This document shows, one piece after another, positions 1-11,294 of a stretch of DNA of 64,000 bases. The stretch covers positions 704,001-768,000 of the forward strand of contig CAVZZA010000003.1 of the NCBI GenBank assembly GCA_963779615.1, given 5' to 3'. Each line of letters opens with the position of its first letter. Within the stretch, counting starts at the first letter, position 1. The DNA comes from an uncultured Nitrososphaeraceae archaeon (GTDB lineage: Archaea > Thermoproteota > Nitrososphaeria > Nitrososphaerales > Nitrososphaeraceae). The notes below the pieces were generated by a model. The model saw only the letters and a list, made by a program, of their open reading frames with translations, did not search any database and was not told where the DNA came from. The translations under genes were made by a program, and so were the position numbers.

Positions 1-281
1 AAAATTTCTTATATCAATGGATTTGCAGATTATCTTAAAAATGATTTGGGCAATAAAACTAAGGCAATTTCTTGGGTTTCACCTTTGTTCATTATTTTAT
101 TAAATAATGGTTCAAAAGGAGGGGAAGGAGATTGAGAATGGAAGAAGGAAATGTAAACGAGCAGATTTTAAAAAGGACTTTGTGTCAAAATTGAAAGTAT
201 CAAGATCGTCAAAAATGACACGTTTTTGTTGCAACACCTTTTTGTTTTCCACATAATTCCTTTGGGCCATAAAAGAGTTAT

Positions 282-3047
282 TCAAGGCTCTCTTTTTTCC
301 CTCAACTTTATATCTATTTTCGGCGGGTGTGACGCCAATTCTTTTATCCATTCCCTAATCACATTGGCACTGCGCTCAGATTGTGACCTTACAAAACCGT
401 CCAGATCGTGCTTGGCAACATCAACCAATGAGTCTACAGAAAGCAATAAACGCGAATCCAGTGTGGATGTCTTTGCATCCGTATCTGCAAGGGAGGTGCA
501 CGCATTTATTTTTACGCGCTGCCTTTCATCTTGCAATAAATTGACCAGGCAATCAAATACTTTTTGATTCATTTGTTTTGCAGCTGCATGATCATCCTTG
601 TTTGACGTGTTTTTCTTATCATCAGTTTTCAAAAATTTGCCCAAGGCAGCGGTCGCAGACACCCTTATAAAGTACTCATTAACATTTGAAGTTTTTCCTA
701 CCAGGAAATTTGCAACATCCACTATTATTTTGGCATCATCATGTTTGCAAAACTCCTTTAGTCCGTCGATTGCGCCCTGTGCTACAGTATTTTGAAATGT
801 GGTCGGACCAGTTACTATCTCCTTAAGTTTTTTTATTATCGTCTCTGTTTTCTGCATATCAGATGCAGGCATGTCTTTGCAGGATTTCCCTATCGCGGTA
901 GCTGCAGCAGACTGTATAAAGTGGTTTTCATCTTGCAGATATTTTAGTAGCACAGGGATTGATTCGGATCGCCCAAATGCTCCAATGTTTCGTATTATGG
1001 ATCGTATTGCCTGCGACGAAGATACACCAGGATGTTGCAAGCATTGAGTCAAGGCATTACAGGCATTATTTGTTTTTGTGTAATCACTTGCATCATTAAA
1101 AGAGCCTAGAATGTCCGCCACTTCAACCAGCACACCGTAAAAATCACCATTCATAATCATGTTCTTTAAAGCATCAAGTGTCTCTTCAGAATAACAATTT
1201 TTTAATAGAGATGCCGCCTGAATGCGTTCAACTATTGTAAATCCATTTTTAAGCTGGTTTAACAAAAGGTCTTTTAGTTGAAAATCATCTTTTTCTTCCA
1301 TTATTTTGACAGATTTTATTTCTTTTATTAGGTTCAGGGTCGGGTCCAATGAAATATATTTTATCGTCTCTCCGGGAGGAATGTCGATTTTTTGTTCGAA
1401 TGTCTTTGCGGAAACTTGATAATGTCGTGGCTCCTTATGATTACTTTCACCGAAGAACACTACCCTCACATCCAAAGAAAACACGAAGGGATAATCTTCC
1501 TCCTGCACCTGTTTGACTTTAATATTTATTTGTTTACCATTTGCATTGTCATTATTTAAGGAATACTCGATCTCTAAAACGGGGTGGCCTTTTCTGAACA
1601 GCCATTGATCAAAAAATTGCTGCAAGTCCTTACCAGATACTCTTTCACATATTTTTCTAAAATCATCTGTTTCTGCATTGCCATACTTGTGGCTTAAGAG
1701 ATATTCTTTAAGGGAACCTTTAAAAGAAGTATCACCAACGTGATGCCTGAGCATGTGCAAGACGCATGAACCCTTTTGGTAAGAGTGGGCGTCAAATAGT
1801 TCGTCTGGGTGTTTGAACACTCTCGTTACTATAGGGCGCTTATACGACTTTGTTGCTTCTTCAAGGTATCTAGCCATATCCTGATGCACCATAAATAAAA
1901 ATTTATTTTCTTTTCTGCTTTCCTCCCAATAGAGTGCTTCAGAGTAACTTGCAAAACCCTCATTTAACCAGATGTTAGACCAGTCTTTACACGTTACCAA
2001 ATTACCAAACCATTGATGTGCCAGTTCATGCACAACAACTAAAACATCATTAACATAATCAGGCAACACCTTTTCATCATGCAATATGTTTTTTGTTAAT
2101 GTGGTGCAGCTGGTATTTTCCATGCCCCCAAGTTCAAAATCCTCTACGGTTACCTGAGAATATTTTTCATATGGATACTTCACTCCAAAATAATCCTCAA
2201 AAAACTTCATTATAGACGGCGTTTCCCCAAATGTTAACATTGCATTATTTTCAGGCATGTCCAACGGCCAATAATAATGCAGGTGAACTCGGCCATTATC
2301 ATAATTAAAATATTGTCTATGGAATTTCCCGATTACAACCGATGTTAAATAGGCGGGATTTGGATTAGGCTCATTCCATATCCATTTCACTTTCTTCACA
2401 TCACTACCTCTACCCACAGTCTCTGTTTGCAAGACATCAGATACACCATTAGAAATTACAGTGTAGTCTTCTGAAGGCAGAGTGATGTGAATTTCCCTTG
2501 GATACTTTACCTGCGGATCGTCAATACATGGAAACCAATATCTGGATTCCAATGTCTCGCCCTGTGTCCATGATTGAATGGCAGGAGCATTACTCCCACC
2601 AGTTTTTGTTATAAAATGAAACCCACTCCTTGGCGGTTGAAGATTAGGAATGGTATTATTTTTTGAAAAATACCCTGCAGAATATTTTATATTTAAATCA
2701 AATACAGTTCCAGCATTTAGCACCCTATCAAATTGGATTTTTAACTTGTCCTCGTCATCCAATATTTTTAAATTCTCAATTTTAACAACAGTCGACGGGG
2801 TTACATCACATCTTTCAATTCTCATTTCCGCCATGTCTAATTCAATTTCCCTTAAATCAGTGAGGACTTTGATTGTAATTTTTGTTTCACAATTAATCAG
2901 GGTTTTTGAATCAAAATCAGGGTTTATCTTAAGTAGCATATGCAATATGTTGAATTTAAGAAATGGGGTGTGGTGCACGGAACTCCCCGGGAATTCAAAT
3001 GTATTAGTGGCGGAAGCATTGGAAGAAGCATTATGAGAATCTTTCAT
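282..3047 (-). CDS. pepN: M1 family zinc aminopeptidase (aminopeptidase N-like) with C-terminal HEAT-like repeats
   Basis: 921 aa; GGMEN exopeptidase motif, HELAH..(18)..E zinc motif (HELAHQWFGNLVT...WLNEGFA), SYQKG, helical-repeat C-terminus. Confidence 0.9.
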   Translation of the reverse strand: MKDSHNASSNASATNTFEFPGSSVHHTPFLKFNILHMLLKINPDFDSKTLINCETKITIKVLTDLREIELDMAEMRIERCDVTPSTVVKIENLKILDDEDKLKIQFDRVLNAGTVFDLNIKYSAGYFSKNNTIPNLQPPRSGFHFITKTGGSNAPAIQSWTQGETLESRYWFPCIDDPQVKYPREIHITLPSEDYTVISNGVSDVLQTETVGRGSDVKKVKWIWNEPNPNPAYLTSVVIGKFHRQYFNYDNGRVHLHYYWPLDMPENNAMLTFGETPSIMKFFEDYFGVKYPYEKYSQVTVEDFELGGMENTSCTTLTKNILHDEKVLPDYVNDVLVVVHELAHQWFGNLVTCKDWSNIWLNEGFASYSEALYWEESRKENKFLFMVHQDMARYLEEATKSYKRPIVTRVFKHPDELFDAHSYQKGSCVLHMLRHHVGDTSFKGSLKEYLLSHKYGNAETDDFRKICERVSGKDLQQFFDQWLFRKGHPVLEIEYSLNNDNANGKQINIKVKQVQEEDYPFVFSLDVRVVFFGESNHKEPRHYQVSAKTFEQKIDIPPGETIKYISLDPTLNLIKEIKSVKIMEEKDDFQLKDLLLNQLKNGFTIVERIQAASLLKNCYSEETLDALKNMIMNGDFYGVLVEVADILGSFNDASDYTKTNNACNALTQCLQHPGVSSSQAIRSIIRNIGAFGRSESIPVLLKYLQDENHFIQSAAATAIGKSCKDMPASDMQKTETIIKKLKEIVTGPTTFQNTVAQGAIDGLKEFCKHDDAKIIVDVANFLVGKTSNVNEYFIRVSATAALGKFLKTDDKKNTSNKDDHAAAKQMNQKVFDCLVNLLQDERQRVKINACTSLADTDAKTSTLDSRLLLSVDSLVDVAKHDLDGFVRSQSERSANVIREWIKELASHPPKIDIKLREKREP

Positions 3048-3306
3048 TCAATCTTTCATAATTAAATAGTATTAAAGAGTATTGCAGTGTCTTAATGCAT
3101 CACATGTGTCCAAAGGATGGGGTAATGGCATCTTAAATTGGCATAAACATACAAGATTTTTTAGTTTCTTTATCATTTTACAAGTAAAAAATAATCTACC
3201 TGTTGCCTTTTCTTTCTAAAATGCAGCAACACAAATCAAATAAAATCTATTTTTAGCCCATAACAAAATTTTATTGTTGAAAGTATAAACTCCGGGCATT
3301 CTTAAA

Positions 3307-4134
3307 ATGGATATGAATGAACAATCCAATAATTATTTGCTTGAAGAAATGAATGCAATTCAGGTGAGAGATAAAATAACAGAAAAAAGTATTGCAATTT
3401 TGGTGCTTGGCGCCTGTGAAAATCATGGAAACCATATGCCTTTTGGTTCGGATTTTATCTTTCCCATGAAGCTTTTTGAAAAGGTAGTTGATGAAATATC
3501 AAGTGATGATACTCCAACGGCCCTCCAAAACAAAAGCAATTTCATTCTCCTTCCTGCCATCCCGTATGGAGTTAGTTCACATCACAACGACTTTCAAATG
3601 ACTATGAGTTTAGAGCCTTCAACAATGATATCAATAATAGAGGATGTTTTTTCAAGTCTTGTAAAAAATGGCATAAAAAAAATACTTGTTGTTAATGGAC
3701 ATGATGGAAATATATCTCCCATCGAAATTGCATCAAGAAAGATTAAAAATGAAGCGCCAAGTGTTACAATAGCCTGCCTGGAGTCATGGTGGGCATTAGT
3801 TGGACAAAAAAACAAAGATCTTTTTGAGGTGTGGAATGGGCTTGGGCATGGAGGGGAAGCTGAAACATCTGCGATGCTATCTGTAAGGCCTGACCTTGTA
3901 AATACAGACTATTCTTCTGATCAGGTTATTCCTAATTTACCCGATGAGGATATCAGAATATACTGGAAATTTAATGAGTTAACAAACACGGGCATAACAG
4001 GTGCGCCTAAAAAAGCCTCTGTAGAAAAAGGTCAAGAGATTATAAAAATACTAACAAATGTTATTATTTCCTTTATAAACAACATGGAAAATAATGATTG
4101 GAAATATGGAATATCCCTATCCAAAACAGGTTAA
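3307..4134 (+). CDS. Creatininase / creatinine amidohydrolase family protein
   Basis: Motifs GACENHGNHMPFGSD, YGVSSHH, VNGHDGN and HGGEAETS are typical of the creatininase fold; substrate not determinable. Confidence 0.85.
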   Translation: MDMNEQSNNYLLEEMNAIQVRDKITEKSIAILVLGACENHGNHMPFGSDFIFPMKLFEKVVDEISSDDTPTALQNKSNFILLPAIPYGVSSHHNDFQMTMSLEPSTMISIIEDVFSSLVKNGIKKILVVNGHDGNISPIEIASRKIKNEAPSVTIACLESWWALVGQKNKDLFEVWNGLGHGGEAETSAMLSVRPDLVNTDYSSDQVIPNLPDEDIRIYWKFNELTNTGITGAPKKASVEKGQEIIKILTNVIISFINNMENNDWKYGISLSKTG

Positions 4135-4318
4135 TAATTATTTAGCATGGTATTTTATTTTTAGAATTTGTTTTGGATTTGGGTAAAGGTAATAGGGATT
4201 CACCACTTGGCAATTTCACAGGCTCAATCCTAAGATTTTGTTTGATTGTTTTTTTCATCTGTATCGACTATCGTAATTTTTACTATTATTGAAAACAGTC
4301 ATTTTAATATCTTTAAAT

Positions 4319-5309
4319 GCTTTGTCGCATAAATAGTTGATCACAGGTATTTTTCTTGACGGTTAGGACAATTTTCCAAGTAGGCTATGCAGTGATGCCT
4401 TTAGAGCCATTTCTTTTACCATGTGTTGAAACCATGTTGCAGAAACATGTTCTCCAAACGTTCTCTTTATGGAAGAAAGTGCTGTCTCAGCAACCCACCG
4501 TTTCCCATTTCTCTTCTCTTCCCCCACTTGGGAAAATCTTTTTGTGATCTGACTTCCTTATTTCGGATAATGGCACTCTTTGCTGAATTGATTGAATTCT
4601 TTCATACCTTGTTTCCAGGCTGAATTTTGTTTTCCTCAAGGTATTTGAACATCTCATTGGAATCATATGCACCATCGGCCAAAACAGACTTGATTTTAGT
4701 AGCCGAACCATCATTGTTGCTTTTCAAAACGTGTTAAAGCAGTTCATCCATAACCTTTCCATCATGCACCCTCTCATCAGTAAACTCCATTGCAAGGATT
4801 TCCTTGGTCTTTATGTTCACAGCAACGCGGATTTAAGGTAGCCTTTCTTCTTGTTTTGTGTTTCCCACCTGTCACGCATCCACTGGCATCTGTTTGTTAC
4901 CTTGATACCGGTACTGTCTACTGCTATGATGAGGTTGTCATCATCTAATTCACTGCTTCTGCTACCATCAATGTCAATATTTTTTTTGTTCTTTTAATAA
5001 TCTGTGACTAGCTGGATGGCTTGGCAGGTTCTTTCCTGTTGCCTTTATGGTTCCCTCTGTTTGCCTGTATTGTAGATGAAGGTAAACTCTGATGTAACCA
5101 ATACAAGAATGAGGGAATCAGGGTATCTTTACCTTCTGCCTTCCTTCTTTTCATTCCCCCCCTATCTCGGCATCCCACCATAAATCAAGAAAATCATAGG
5201 CAGGGAATCTTCCCTCTCCTTACCAGGTACCGATTATGGGAAGGCCATACTGTCACAAATGTTAGTCTAATTTAATCCCAGCAAAATAGATTGAGTTATG
5301 CAACAAAGC
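4319..5309 (-). mobile_element. Degenerate IS5-family (IS903-group-like) insertion sequence with fragmented transposase
   Basis: TIRs GCTTTGTCGCATAA (4319-4332) and TTATGCAACAAAGC (5296-5309); minus-strand fragments DSTGIKVTNRCQWM, VAVNIKTKEILAMEFTDERVHDG and ADGAYDS broken by frameshifts; homologous to 26513-27508. Confidence 0.88.
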
Positions 5310-5706
5310 ATTTCTTAGGTATTTTTAAATTTATTATCTTTACTATACAATGGTAATTTATAAATGCTATACATCCATATGTACATATCTGCCACTAACC
5401 CCATATTACTTCAACTCACTGTCAAAAAAGATGGTAATAAAACAAAATAGAAAAGAGTGCTATTATTGACACCACTAAAATTACAAATTCAAGGTTTAAA
5501 ATGCCAGGTCATTTAAACGAAAAAGATGTAGTTACAACAAATACATCTATTGTGTATATGCGGCAGTCAACCTATGACAGGTAAGTAAATGCAGACTATC
5601 CAGGTTTAACAAAAAATGCCATTTAATGAGGAAGTTTTTAAAAAAAACTGCATTTCTTTTTTTTAGTAAATTTAGTGTGTTTGTTCTATCCAATTTCTCA
5701 TTGTTA

Positions 5707-6537
5707 TTACATTCTCCTACTTGAAAGCCCTTCAATCAAGAATGTCAATAACTTTTGATATACGATAGCGGGTTTTTCTATAAATGGTGAATGCCCTGCA
5801 TCAGATATCACAGTCATCTCCGCATCTTTGAGAATTTGTTTAAACCTATTAATATGATCTAGAGGTATAAGATTATCTTTTTCTCCCCATATTATAAGAC
5901 AAGGAAGGTCTTTTATCTTCTCCAATCTTTCCATACCGATAGAAGTTGTTGTACTATTTCTAAAAGCAGATTCAAATGCATGTTTTGCGCCGGGTTTTTC
6001 AATTACTGATATAAATATATCTATAACGACAGGAAGTAACCTGAACGGTTCGGCCATTAGGCCTTCAAATACCTTTTTTACTTTACCATGTCTTAATATA
6101 GGATCAGTTTCCATAGCTGCATCTAGATATTGTTCTAAAAGTGTTGTAGGACGATTAAGCATACCAGACGAGTCAATCAATACAAGTTTTTCAATTTGCT
6201 CCTTATTTTCTAGTGCATATTCTGCTGCTATATACCCCCCTAATGAATGACCTATAATAGTTATTTTATCTTGATTATTTATTCCAATTTGTCTAAGAAA
6301 ACTTTTAACAAATTGGCTAAAATAACTGATCGTATAGTTCAATAAAGGTTTGTCGCTTCCACCAAAACCTATCAGGTCAACGCATATTGTATGGAATTGT
6401 TCCGATAAAGCTTGTGGTATATCCCGCCATACGATAGAAGATGAACCAAGCCCGTGAATAAACAAAATGTGTCTTGGGTTACCCTTTCCATACTCATCAT
6501 ATCGTATGTTGAATCCGTCTTCTAACCTCGTGTACAT
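5707..6537 (-). CDS. Alpha/beta fold hydrolase
   Basis: FIHGLG oxyanion motif, GHSLGG nucleophile elbow, WGEKD acid and AGHSP catalytic His. Confidence 0.9.
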   Translation of the reverse strand: MYTRLEDGFNIRYDEYGKGNPRHILFIHGLGSSSIVWRDIPQALSEQFHTICVDLIGFGGSDKPLLNYTISYFSQFVKSFLRQIGINNQDKITIIGHSLGGYIAAEYALENKEQIEKLVLIDSSGMLNRPTTLLEQYLDAAMETDPILRHGKVKKVFEGLMAEPFRLLPVVIDIFISVIEKPGAKHAFESAFRNSTTTSIGMERLEKIKDLPCLIIWGEKDNLIPLDHINRFKQILKDAEMTVISDAGHSPFIEKPAIVYQKLLTFLIEGLSSRRM

Positions 6538-6800
6538 TTATAAAATAATAATTGTGAGGACCATGATAATATAATTGATTAACAGTAGTAGAAGGCTAGT
6601 TCATTAAGGTTATTATCTGCAAGCAGAAGAAAAATTTGATGGTTTTTATCCAATAGTTGAGTTCAACCTTCAAGCAATCCCATCGATAATAAAAATATTT
6701 GAAGACGCCTGCAATTTGTGTAAATGCAATACTTCAATCTCAACCATTTATTGTAATTACACATTACAATCCTAATTAACTTTTTAGCTAGTATCGGCTG

Positions 6801-6971
6801 CTATTTTATCTCTTTTTCAGCACAGGTGTCACAGTATTTTTCTACTAGTATAGCACCATCACCCACAATGAATAATGCTTCTTTGGTGGCCTTATTCCCA
6901 CAAGTTATACAGAATTTTGTCTTCCCATTGGCATCAGTAAATGGATTTAATACAGAAAATGTTTTTTCCAT
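6801..6971 (-). CDS. Small CxxC..CxxC zinc-binding protein (56 aa), not in ORF track
   Basis: Manual translation: MEKTFSVLNPFTDANGKTKFCITCGNKATKEALFIVGDGAILVEKYCDTCAEKEIK*. Confidence 0.7.
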   Translation of the reverse strand: MEKTFSVLNPFTDANGKTKFCITCGNKATKEALFIVGDGAILVEKYCDTCAEKEIK

Positions 6972-7570
6972 CCTACTGTTCCACTCCTGTATAGGTTTTC
7001 TGAATCATTGATTCAGGTAATACTGTTATCATGGCATTTGCAGCGTCAACTGTGAATCTCGCATTGTTACTCATCAACATCATTATTATGTAGTTGTTCT
7101 GCTTATAAAAACTTGCAGTTTTGATGAAGTTTCAATAATACCACTACAAGTTTGAAAGATAAATCCACATTTTAATTATAATTTTAAAATTGAAATAGAG
7201 ATGTAATGAAGAAAATAATTTCCTCCCCTTTCAACCGAAAGTTATTGAAAATAAATGATGATAGAAAAGGTACTGACAGTTTTATAAGCCATTTTTGCTT
7301 TTATTATAACATTTGATAGCCCATTATGCTTTTTGATGGTTAACTCCATTAGACATTTCGGTCTTTAATGTAGCCATATATGTTCTCAAAAGATGATTTG
7401 CGGTCACCATAAACTACGAGATGAATATAATTTTACCAAAACAACTTATTAAACTCACAGTAAAAATAACTTTTTTTGAAATAACTTTCAAGAAACATAG
7501 TCAAAACAATACAAAAAATGTGGTGGTAGTAGACAGTAATTAAATCAGTAATGCGGGTATATACTACTGA

Positions 7571-7816
7571 TTATGTTCCACCGAAAAGTTTGCCTACAGT
7601 TTCACCAATTGAACCTAAAGGTCCACCATCGCTTTGATTGGATTGTTGCCCGCTTTGTCCAGTTTGATTTTGTGAAGCCGTGTCATTACCTGCTGCTGAT
7701 GATGATGATGTTGGTGTTGATTGATTTTGAGCAAACACTGTTGCCGAATTAGTATAGGCAAAGAAAAGTGCAAGAGATAACGCTATTGTAGCAATTACTG
7801 AAATTGTTTTATTCAT
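7571..7816 (-). CDS. Small secreted low-complexity (Q/S/N-rich) protein
   Basis: Likely start MNKTISVIATIALSLALFFAY (ATG 7816), signal peptide ending VFA-Q, polar linker, amphipathic tail GGPLGSIGETVGKLFGG. Confidence 0.65.
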   Translation of the reverse strand: MNKTISVIATIALSLALFFAYTNSATVFAQNQSTPTSSSSAAGNDTASQNQTGQSGQQSNQSDGGPLGSIGETVGKLFGGT

Positions 7817-8278
7817 CACTCTAATATGGATTGATAGTATATATAGAAGCATGGTAATTTTCTTCATCATACTTTTTTTTCAGCATTCTTTCTTAGGCGC
7901 ATTAGGAAACAATTACTCAATAACAAATAAGAGATTTTACTTCATATCATGCAAGTTGTTTGCGACCTATATCAGAGTTTTTCCAATTTCAAACCATCAT
8001 CAGTTGCCGTTATTTTAACAATAATAAATCAAATATTCTTTTAAAAAATCTACCTATCTTGGTGGATTTTTTTTCTCTTTTTATAATCCACTATAATCCT
8101 AAAAATATAATATGCAAGACCCATGTACTGTCTACTTCTTCCCATAGGATTGATTTTGCAGAATAGGTTTAATAGTTGTACAAGAACACAATCATCCCAA
8201 TAGTTTTTCTTGTAATGAAAAAAGGTTGATGTGTGTTTTTTAACACACATTCTTTGAACTTTTTACTATAGATGGTAA

Positions 8279-8554
8279 TTATTTTGTGCCTGAAGTAGAA
8301 CTTCCCATAGCAGAAGGCAACGCATCATCTTGAAAATGATCCCTCGCTTCCTCTTCAGTTATTTTAAACCTTAGGGTATGACCATCATAATCTTTAACTA
8401 AACCCTTTGGAATGGAAAAATATGTTTTGTCAATTAATCCCTTTTCAATTGTTACATATGTGTCGCTTACGTGATGTACTTTACCTAAATCTTCACCATT
8501 CAAACCTCTTGCTTCCTTTTTTATAACGGCAGGCCAATCAATATCAGAACTCAT
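8279..8554 (-). CDS. Stand-alone PRC-barrel-like protein, paralogue of the N-terminal domain of the YsnF-type genes at 42-47 kb
   Basis: IDWPAVIKKEARGLNGEDLGKV...KGLIDK.YFSIPK..V.DYDG..LRF matches IDWDNVVKKEAIGLNGEDLGEV...KGIINKKKYYLPK..V.SFDGSVLRL (43032-). Confidence 0.75.
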   Translation of the reverse strand: MSSDIDWPAVIKKEARGLNGEDLGKVHHVSDTYVTIEKGLIDKTYFSIPKGLVKDYDGHTLRFKITEEEARDHFQDDALPSAMGSSTSGTK

Positions 8555-9030
8555 ATGTAATATATCCTTTGGACATAATAAATGAATTTTCGTGGTAAAT
8601 CAACTGTCCACAAAGTTACAAGGTATTGTTTTTGTTTAATTTCACTAAATGCCTTAAAGAAAAATTCATTTATTGATTTGATGTTTTTATGATAATTAAA
8701 GGTCCATAGTTTAAAACTAATGGAATTATAAACATTGACATATATTACAGAACCGTTACTTTTTGTGGACATACCAACAGGTTTTCCAGTCTTTACAGGC
8801 AGGATATTCAAATAAACAAGCAGGTAAAATGAAATACTATTACATGGTCTTACTGGTGGAGCAAAGATATGCTACACAGTTGCGGGCCTAATGGTTCGTC
8901 TACCGTTTTGCACATTCTTTTTCTTTTTTTCAGTGTCTTGTTGTTTTACATCTAATAATAAAAGAAACTGGACCTGCCGTGATTTCCGTCAGAAATTGTT
9001 AATTTATAAGTTATATGTGCATAAAAGCAC

Positions 9031-9312
9031 ATGTCAAACAATATGCCAGTAAATGAAAAGGCAGAAAACAGGTCTCAATCTAATACAGATACAGTGGGCA
9101 ATAACCAAAACATGGATGATTCCGAGAAAATGGTAAATCTGGTAGACTCATCCAAAGTTCAAGTAATGAGTGAAAACGGAAAATATTTGATTGATGTTGA
9201 TATAGAAAATCTTGATGAAGGAAAATATTACCGCGTAGATTATCAGGGTGACGTTTATGGGATAGAAAAACTAGACGATGGCCAACTAGTATTTTATGAG
9301 GTAATGGATTAG
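9031..9312 (+). CDS. Hypothetical acidic protein
   Basis: 93 aa ORF, TTTATAA box about 25 bp upstream of ATG, 2 bp gap to next ORF. Confidence 0.65.
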   Translation: MSNNMPVNEKAENRSQSNTDTVGNNQNMDDSEKMVNLVDSSKVQVMSENGKYLIDVDIENLDEGKYYRVDYQGDVYGIEKLDDGQLVFYEVMD

Positions 9313-9314
9313 GA

Positions 9315-9515
9315 ATGTCAAATTCAGAGTCAAAGGCATCAGAAGAGCATTCTCATAAAACTTTGAAAAAGATATGCAAAATTGACCCAAAATTATTTGT
9401 TTCAAACACGGTAAAGGATACCGAAGTATGGAGTTGGAAAAGAAAAAAGTTTGAGAAATGGTTTATTTTTTATGATAGCAACACAGGTCATTTAAAAAAT
9501 TCAAAGATTGATTGA
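9315..9515 (+). CDS. Hypothetical basic protein
   Basis: 66 aa ORF starting 2 bp after the preceding stop (operon-like). Confidence 0.55.
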   Translation: MSNSESKASEEHSHKTLKKICKIDPKLFVSNTVKDTEVWSWKRKKFEKWFIFYDSNTGHLKNSKID

Positions 9516-9735
9516 ATATGCTTAAGCCCATTTCTTTGAATTGCCCAACAATACTTATTTATGACATGTAATTGTATCTAGCAGTTACACTCAACAACTC
9601 AAAGTTAAGGAAAAAACAATACAACAATAAATAGGAAGGAGAAAGGAGCAGAGCAGATTCCTACCATTAGTACACATATTCACGATTTCAGTCAAGTCAT
9701 AATGTTTTAAAAACGTTCCAATTTACATATATACT

Positions 9736-10098
9736 TTAAGGATGTTCATGATTATCTATTGGAAACATCAGTGTAGACTTAACCAATCTTACAACAGGAA
9801 CGTATATTGATTGGGGATTACTACCAACACTATCTACAAAGATAAATTCACCTGTCATTTTATTTAACTCTACAAATTTCTTGATTGGTTTTTCTTCAAT
9901 GACATGGTAATGAGCAACAACACCCCCAACAATTCCTGTATGAACAAACAGTATTTCCTTGTTTTGATATGTTATGTGATACAGTAATGGCGTTATGGTC
10001 ATAAAAGACTGTGAAGTATAAAGTATGACATTTAGTAACTCCTTTAAATTTTCGTATTGTAAATAAGTGGTAAACCATTCGGCTTGTGACATATACAA
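9736..10098 (-). CDS. Conserved-looking archaeal hypothetical protein
   Basis: 120 aa ORF with globular composition; no diagnostic motif. Confidence 0.65.
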   Translation of the reverse strand: MYMSQAEWFTTYLQYENLKELLNVILYTSQSFMTITPLLYHITYQNKEILFVHTGIVGGVVAHYHVIEEKPIKKFVELNKMTGEFIFVDSVGSNPQSIYVPVVRLVKSTLMFPIDNHEHP

Positions 10099-10442
10099 TA
10101 ATGTAGAAGAAGCAACATTATTTTAGATTTGTGTTTGATAGCGAGCTATCTTGTTAAATCGGACACATGTATCAACCACCAAAGTTTTTTTTCAAATGTT
10201 TTAATAAGTTTAACTTGTATTTTGAGGAAATTATGTAACATTTTTGGAGTTTCTGTTTCGATAACCATATTTTTCTTATTGAAATATCACGATGCTTTCA
10301 TCAAATTAAGCCTACATCCACCATTGATCACACATTACACCTAAAAACCCATTTTCAGTTTATCCATCATCAAAATTCGATATCCAATAAATCAACTTGC
10401 TATAGGATCTTATAGTTCTTTTTTTGCGAAATAATAATTTGT

Positions 10443-11294
10443 TTAAATCATCTCCAAAGGGTCATTGGGGTCTGGCAAGGGAAAAAATTTGTCTATAGCC
10501 TCAATGTCATCCTCCTTTAAACTCCAATCCCCAACGCTGCCACTATTTTCTCTAACCCTCTCCACAACTCTGGTTTTTGGAATAGAAAATATGTTGTGAT
10601 GCCGGGTGAGAAAATTAAGGGCAACCTGCCGAGATGTTTTCCCGTGTCGCTGAGCTATCTCTAAAAGCATTCGTCCACCGGCGCTTTGTGGTGAGGGGAA
10701 ATTTCCATGTCCAAATGGCGAATAACCTACTACCGCTATTCCCCGCTTGGTGCAGTAGGGCAGTACATGTTGCTCAATTCCACGATAACCTAAATTATAT
10801 AATACTTGATTGCATGCAATTCGCTCATTTTGTAGTGCCTGTTCAGCCTCCTTTAGTCCTCTGACATCAAAGTTGCTGACTCCAATATGTCTCACTAAAC
10901 CCTCGGCCACCAGTCTCTCCATCGCACGCATGGTCTCACTAATAGGATAGTTGCTGCTTGGCCAGTGAAGGATGTACAGGTCAAGCCATTCGGTCTTCAG
11001 TCGTTTTAAGCTACGCTCGCAGGATTTTATTGTATCCTCATAAGAGGCGTTTGAGGGCAAGACCTTGCTTACTAAAAACACCTGATCGCGTCTCCCCGAT
11101 ATGGCTTCACTCACCATTTCTTCAACTCTACCATTTCCATACATTTCGGCCGTATCGATGTGGGTGAGCCCGAGATCAAGCCCTAGTCTCAGGGCTTTGA
11201 TCGCAAGGTGCTCCATATCACCATCGATTTTCCAGGTTCCCTGTCCAATTACCGGTACCTGGATTCCAGACCAGCCAAACTTGCGTTTTATCAT
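10443..11294 (-). CDS. Aldo/keto reductase
   Basis: IGQGTW, HIDTAEMYG, LVSKV, LDLYILHWP, IGVSNF, NQVLYNL, YSPFG, IPKT motifs. Confidence 0.93.
   Translation of the reverse strand: MIKRKFGWSGIQVPVIGQGTWKIDGDMEHLAIKALRLGLDLGLTHIDTAEMYGNGRVEEMVSEAISGRRDQVFLVSKVLPSNASYEDTIKSCERSLKRLKTEWLDLYILHWPSSNYPISETMRAMERLVAEGLVRHIGVSNFDVRGLKEAEQALQNERIACNQVLYNLGYRGIEQHVLPYCTKRGIAVVGYSPFGHGNFPSPQSAGGRMLLEIAQRHGKTSRQVALNFLTRHHNIFSIPKTRVVERVRENSGSVGDWSLKEDDIEAIDKFFPLPDPNDPLEMI

Noticed and set aside
8551-8811. 86-aa ORF with a faint YVTN-like stretch (ILPVKTGKPVGMS..IYVN)
   Set aside because: Similarity too short to support; the rest looks noncoding and overlaps the promoter of the next gene.
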